Assembly (NCBI GenBank): GCA_032718475.1 | Contig: JAUCBJ010005397.1 | Location: forward strand, 1 to 60,457 | Direction of reading: 5' to 3' | Length of the DNA: 60,457 nt | Origin: Nemertoderma westbladi | Taxonomy: Eukaryota > Animalia > Xenacoelomorpha | Shown: piece after piece, positions 56,336 through 60,457 of the stretch | How positions within the stretch are numbered: position 1 is the first letter of the stretch | How the letters are laid out: each line of letters opens with the position of its first letter | Program-made: the position numbers and the translations under genes | The notes under the pieces: model-generated | Seen by the model: only the letters and a program-made list of their open reading frames with translations | Databases searched by the model: none | Told to the model about the DNA's origin: nothing

Positions 56336-56945
56336 TACCCACTTTAAGACCATTTATTTGACCATGTTAATGGCTATTATCATGAGGTTTTTTGTTTTAG
56401 AACATAAATGTCATCTTCGATGTGACGTTAGCTAGTGTTTTTATTATGGTAGCTACTGTTTTTTTTTTAGGTAGCCACTGTTTTTTTAGGTAGCTACTGT
56501 TTTTAAAATTACAAAACCAAACTTTTGGTACCTAATTTTGGATCAATTTTTGACCATGTTAATGGATATTATCATGATGTTTTGTGTTCTAGAACGTAAA
56601 TTTCACCTTCTGAGTGAGGTTAGCTATTATTTTTTTTTATGGTGCTAGTGTTTTTAATGGTAGCTAGTGGTCTTTAAAATTACAAAAGAAAATTTGTAAT
56701 TCCCCTTTTATTTAGGCAATTTCCGTATCATCAATATATTCTAGAAATGACTAATAAAAAGATAAATAAATCTAGAATTTTTTTTGGATGCTCTCAAAAA
56801 GGTCAAGAAAATATTATTATTAAACACGATAAGCACAGGTAGTGTTCTGACTGAGGGCACTACTATGTTATGGGTACCCACTTTTTGACCATTTATTTGA
56901 CAATGTTAATGGCTATTATCTTGAGGATTTTTGTTTTAGGGGGAT
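56333..56945. repeat. Degenerate direct repeats
   Basis: tgggtacccacttt...ttgaccatgttaatggctattatc at ~56333, 56525, 56871. Confidence 0.65.
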
Positions 56946-57283
56946 TTTTGTTTTACGGGACATGGTGTATATACATATATGTTTTTGTATTTCTTTGTAT
57001 TTACAATGTTCTCGAACAAGTCTCCTTGATATTATACATTAAAATTAACAACAAAATATGATGCCATAAGTTTTCCAAGAATGGGGCCCCAGGCCACACT
57101 AATACCACGAACATTACTTCATGTATTATTGATATTTTATTATTTATTTTTTATTTGATATTATTGATGAAAGCAGAGAAGAAAATGCGTTTTAAGAGGT
57201 GTATTTTCAATGCACAACAATGGGAATTACACAAACAATAAAGAAATTATTTATTCGAACCACGAGCTGCATCAGCCCCATTA

Positions 57284-57633
57284 AGGCCTGTTTAGTGTTT
57301 ACACGTGGCAACTTTTAGCGCAACTTAAATTAATCGCTGTTGTGGCAACTTTACCAGCAACTTTACCTGCAACTTGGCCGGCAACTTTTATAGCAACTTG
57401 GCTAGTTTGACTGTAAAATAGTGGGTCATTTTATTTTCTAGCTAGTTTGATAATTAAATCTGATTATCCCGCTTTATTCGCCAACGCAAATTCCTTCAAG
57501 CTGCCGTAAAAGTTGAGCAACTTTTACGGCAACTTTTTTACGTGTTTACACGGAGCAACTTGATCGGCAACCTGGGTTGCTCTACAAGTTGCCGAGAAAG
57601 TTGCTCTAAAAGTTGCCACGTGTAAACAGGCCA
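57284..57633. mobile_element. PIF/Harbinger (Tourist-like) MITE
   Basis: GGCCTG...TTTACACGTGGCAACTTTTAG / CTAAAAGTTGCCACGTGTAAACAGGCC termini, TTA on both flanks, internal GCAACT repeats. Confidence 0.75.
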
Positions 57634-58267
57634 TTAGATTCCTTCCTCTACACACCATCACCATCTCGCAACATGATCGCTTCGCAGTGGTATTGGGTCG
57701 AAGGTCCGAATGAGACGAAGTGGTTCGTCCTGGAACCTCTCGCAGCAGTTTCAGTGTAGTAAAGATAATTGTAGGCCCCGTGAAATTGAAACAACTACCA
57801 AAACGTAACGTAACGCAACTTTGAAGTAATGGTATTTTACCCTACAGCAATAATAAAATGCCGAAAAGTATGATTTCTTATATCAGCTGATCGAGGTATT
57901 CTAGAATGCAGTGGGCAGGCCTGGTATTAAGATGGCCTTGATATAAGGTATTTTTTTATACTAGCTAGTATGTTCGTCAACATGTTAGCTATTATTGTTA
58001 TAATTTTATTACATATCTTAAAATAGTTCAAAATTAATATATTAGCTAGTTTTTGTTACTTTAAATTGTTGTTCTAGATATATAAAAATGTTCCAGAATT
58101 GTTTCTGTAACCTTTTTAAGAGTTCTTGAACATAGTTCTCGAAATTTAGTATATAATAGCGAAAATGTATGTGAATCGTAAACAAATCATACAAATATAA
58201 GAAATGGCCAATATTATCTATTATACCTCTTGTTAATTACTCCAGAAATTGAACAATAAAACAAAAT

Positions 58268-58406
58268 ATTATATTGTGTATAATGTACCTTTATCTCACT
58301 TCGGTCCCTCGTTTCAATATTTCACTCACTCGCTTCGCTCGTTCGTGTAGATATTAACACTCGGGACCGGCGTCAGATAAAGTGCTACATTATACACAAT
58401 ATAATA
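58268..58406. repeat. Short palindromic MITE-like element
   Basis: attatattgtgtataatgta...tttatct...cggtccc / gggaccg...agataaa...tacattatacacaatataat around a central cgcttcgctcg. Confidence 0.7.
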
Positions 58407-58439
58407 AATAGTTATTATTTTATCTCCAATTTGTTACAG

Positions 58440-58568
58440 TTTAATAATGCTGATTGGCTGTTATATAACCACTTTAACCAATCATTGTGGAGGCGGGTTG
58501 AAGAAGTGGGACATTTAAAGATACAAGAGGATGTTGATATAATACGGAGTATGAATAAATTGGTTAAG
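58440..58568 (+). CDS. GAL3ST: Galactose-3-O-sulfotransferase family gene, penultimate exon
   Basis: ttacag|FNNADWLLYNHFNQSLWRRVEE...KLVK|gtttgt; phase 0 matches the previous donor; family N..D..LY.HFN..LW motif. Confidence 0.8.
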
Positions 58569-58610
58569 GTTTGTGTTGTTCTCATGATACATAAATGTAT
58601 TAATTGGCGT

Positions 58611-58760
58611 ACGGACAATTCCGACCCGGACAAATCCGTCCCGGACAATTCCGACCCGGACAATTCCGAACCGGACAAATCCGACCCGGACAATTCCGAC
58701 CCGGACAATTCTGACCCGGACAATTCCGACCCGGACAAATCCGACCCGGACAATTCCGAC
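58611..58760. repeat. 15-bp minisatellite (cggacaattccgacc) x~10
   Basis: Directly visible. Confidence 0.95.
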
Positions 58761-59818
58761 GATGGATGGATGTTAATTTTACTAATTATACTGAAATTAC
58801 TGTAGCTATATTAAACATACATACTGTTTGTTTAACAAACTGAGGACGGACGCAAATATAATCTCGGCGAATTAATATCCCGCCTCAATGTTAAATTATC
58901 AAGTAAGGGGAAAGGAGCAGGTTACTGTAGCGCGCTATTCTAACCAAAACAATAAACTAAACACAATAGAACAGGTTACAGTTTTATTTTTGGGAGTAAT
59001 CAGCTGTTATTTGCGTCGAATTTCCCCTGGACTGGAGAGGGATGAATTGTTATTGCTTCGAAAGTCCCCCAACCCCTATCTGATTAAACAATATGGTATG
59101 TTAATTTATGAAATCATCAAATATTTTATTTAGTTGTGTGGAATTAATTTCGCACTACCACATCTTCAGGGCGACATATTTTCCAGCTTTATAACACAGT
59201 GTGACATTATTTCTCAGTATGTCCCTACTAGTTCAACAAGTTCATCTTATCTGCGCAACAAACCTTTCTAAAACGATTCAACATATCGATTATAATAAGC
59301 ATATGATAATACGCAGTGTCATGTACGGTTTCCTAGAAAAGACAAACACAAATATTATAATCGTTAATTTACATTTTCTCATTCTTTCAATACATCGATA
59401 TCAATGTCGTACACTCAACTACAGCTTTGGATACCCTTCGAAATGGGTTCTACGTAAAATTTTACATATATAGTGAAAAAATGGTGCTTTCCTCACCTTT
59501 GTCGTGATATGGCTAATTTTCCACCCTATGCCATGTGACTACACTACATACATTTTCTATGTATTTCCAGAATATCCAGTATGTCACCGCGTCATTAATA
59601 GGCTGTTCTAGAAAGTTTAAGTGCATAACTACAAATAATTCCCCACAAATAAATAAAATTAGATTCGCCATTGTTCATAATTAGCACATTAAAGCTTTTA
59701 CGGCCCTCGTTCTATTATCAAAATCACTCGTGCCGTAACGCTATAAAGTAGTCTTTTATGAACAATGACGTATATATAGTTATATCTGTGCCTTTTTGAA
59801 TTTATATTATCTTTTTAG

Positions 59819-59971
59819 GAGATTTGTGGTACCGGTACAAGAACACAGTGGAGAAGAAAGAACAGGGAGTGTAATTTGTATAATTTAAGGCCACAAACAG
59901 TAACTGAAGAGTTGACAAATTATAGTGTGAATAAATCTACAACGGGTAATTTGTATTTGAAATATTTGTAA
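59819..59971 (+). CDS. GAL3ST: Probable terminal exon of the sulfotransferase gene
   Basis: ctttttag|EICGTG...RECNLYNL...LKYL*; phase 0; two Cys as in family C-termini. Confidence 0.6.
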   Translation, partial: EICGTGTRTQWRRKNRECNLYNLRPQTVTEELTNYSVNKSTTGNLYLKYL

Positions 59972-60457
59972 AAAAAATTTTTAGTATAGGGTCAGGTTGG
60001 ACTAACAATATCGGTGCACAATTTGGTTAATTGTACGAAAATACTTATATACACCGCGCCCCGGAATATGGTGTCGTAATTCAATCACACGACATCCCAA
60101 ATTTTTATACTGTACATATATCTTAATGAAATTGTATGAAATTTGAAACAGAGATAGTTTCACCTCCCGACCACTGACTGGGTGAGCCAGAATTTTTATT
60201 TTTGCTTTCAATCTTTAGCTACAAGCGTTTAAAAAAAGTGCCTCCCGCGATATTACACCAGTTACACCGCAGTTATTCTTCTACCTTATACTGTATGTAG
60301 CTGTTTGTTGGTACCAATGGAAAGCTGGTCATGCAACTACTACTAGGATCGACATGCTGCATTGCAGCTGCCTTTTTAAGAATGCTGTGCCGGCTTATCG
60401 ACAAAATTGCACCGCCACAACTCCCTATCACCCATGACATTTGCTAGATCATCCGTC

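Noticed and set aside
58415-58805. SELSG/DNSDP repeat proteins
   Set aside because: Translation of a 15-bp intronic minisatellite; only 58440-58568 is exon.
59135-59175. Hammerhead-like CTGAAGA...GAAA on minus strand
   Set aside because: No stem I pairing and a very weak stem II.

Overview
AT-rich, repeat-dense animal (probably invertebrate) genomic DNA, dominated by related BEL/Pao LTR retrotransposons. BEL-A (1-3856, minus) is a 5' end running off the window. A solo LTR (7254-8397) is nested in a non-autonomous TIR DNA transposon. BEL-B (11562-26546, minus) is complete, with apparently identical 1914-bp LTRs and a 5-bp TSD. BEL-C (30900-49727, plus) has 1172-bp LTRs and a 5-bp TSD, is degenerate, and carries a nested truncated Ty3/Gypsy element. 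The right end holds four exons of a galactose-3-O-sulfotransferase-family gene among MITEs and LINE fragments. The BEL elements share an unusual design. (1) None has a TGG tRNA primer-binding site; the 12 nt abutting the 5' LTR are instead perfectly complementary to a 12-mer inside the element's own LTR, with three compensatory changes between BEL-A and BEL-C, suggesting tRNA-independent self-priming. (2) BEL-B and BEL-C carry a conserved non-Env multi-zinc-finger ORF after integrase. (3) BEL-B, the youngest copy, encodes an open Gag-protease-integrase polyprotein with no RT/RNase H, has TA...TA rather than TG...CA termini, and carries a tRNA-like Pol III cassette in its LTR. All comparisons were made by eye; no searches were run.
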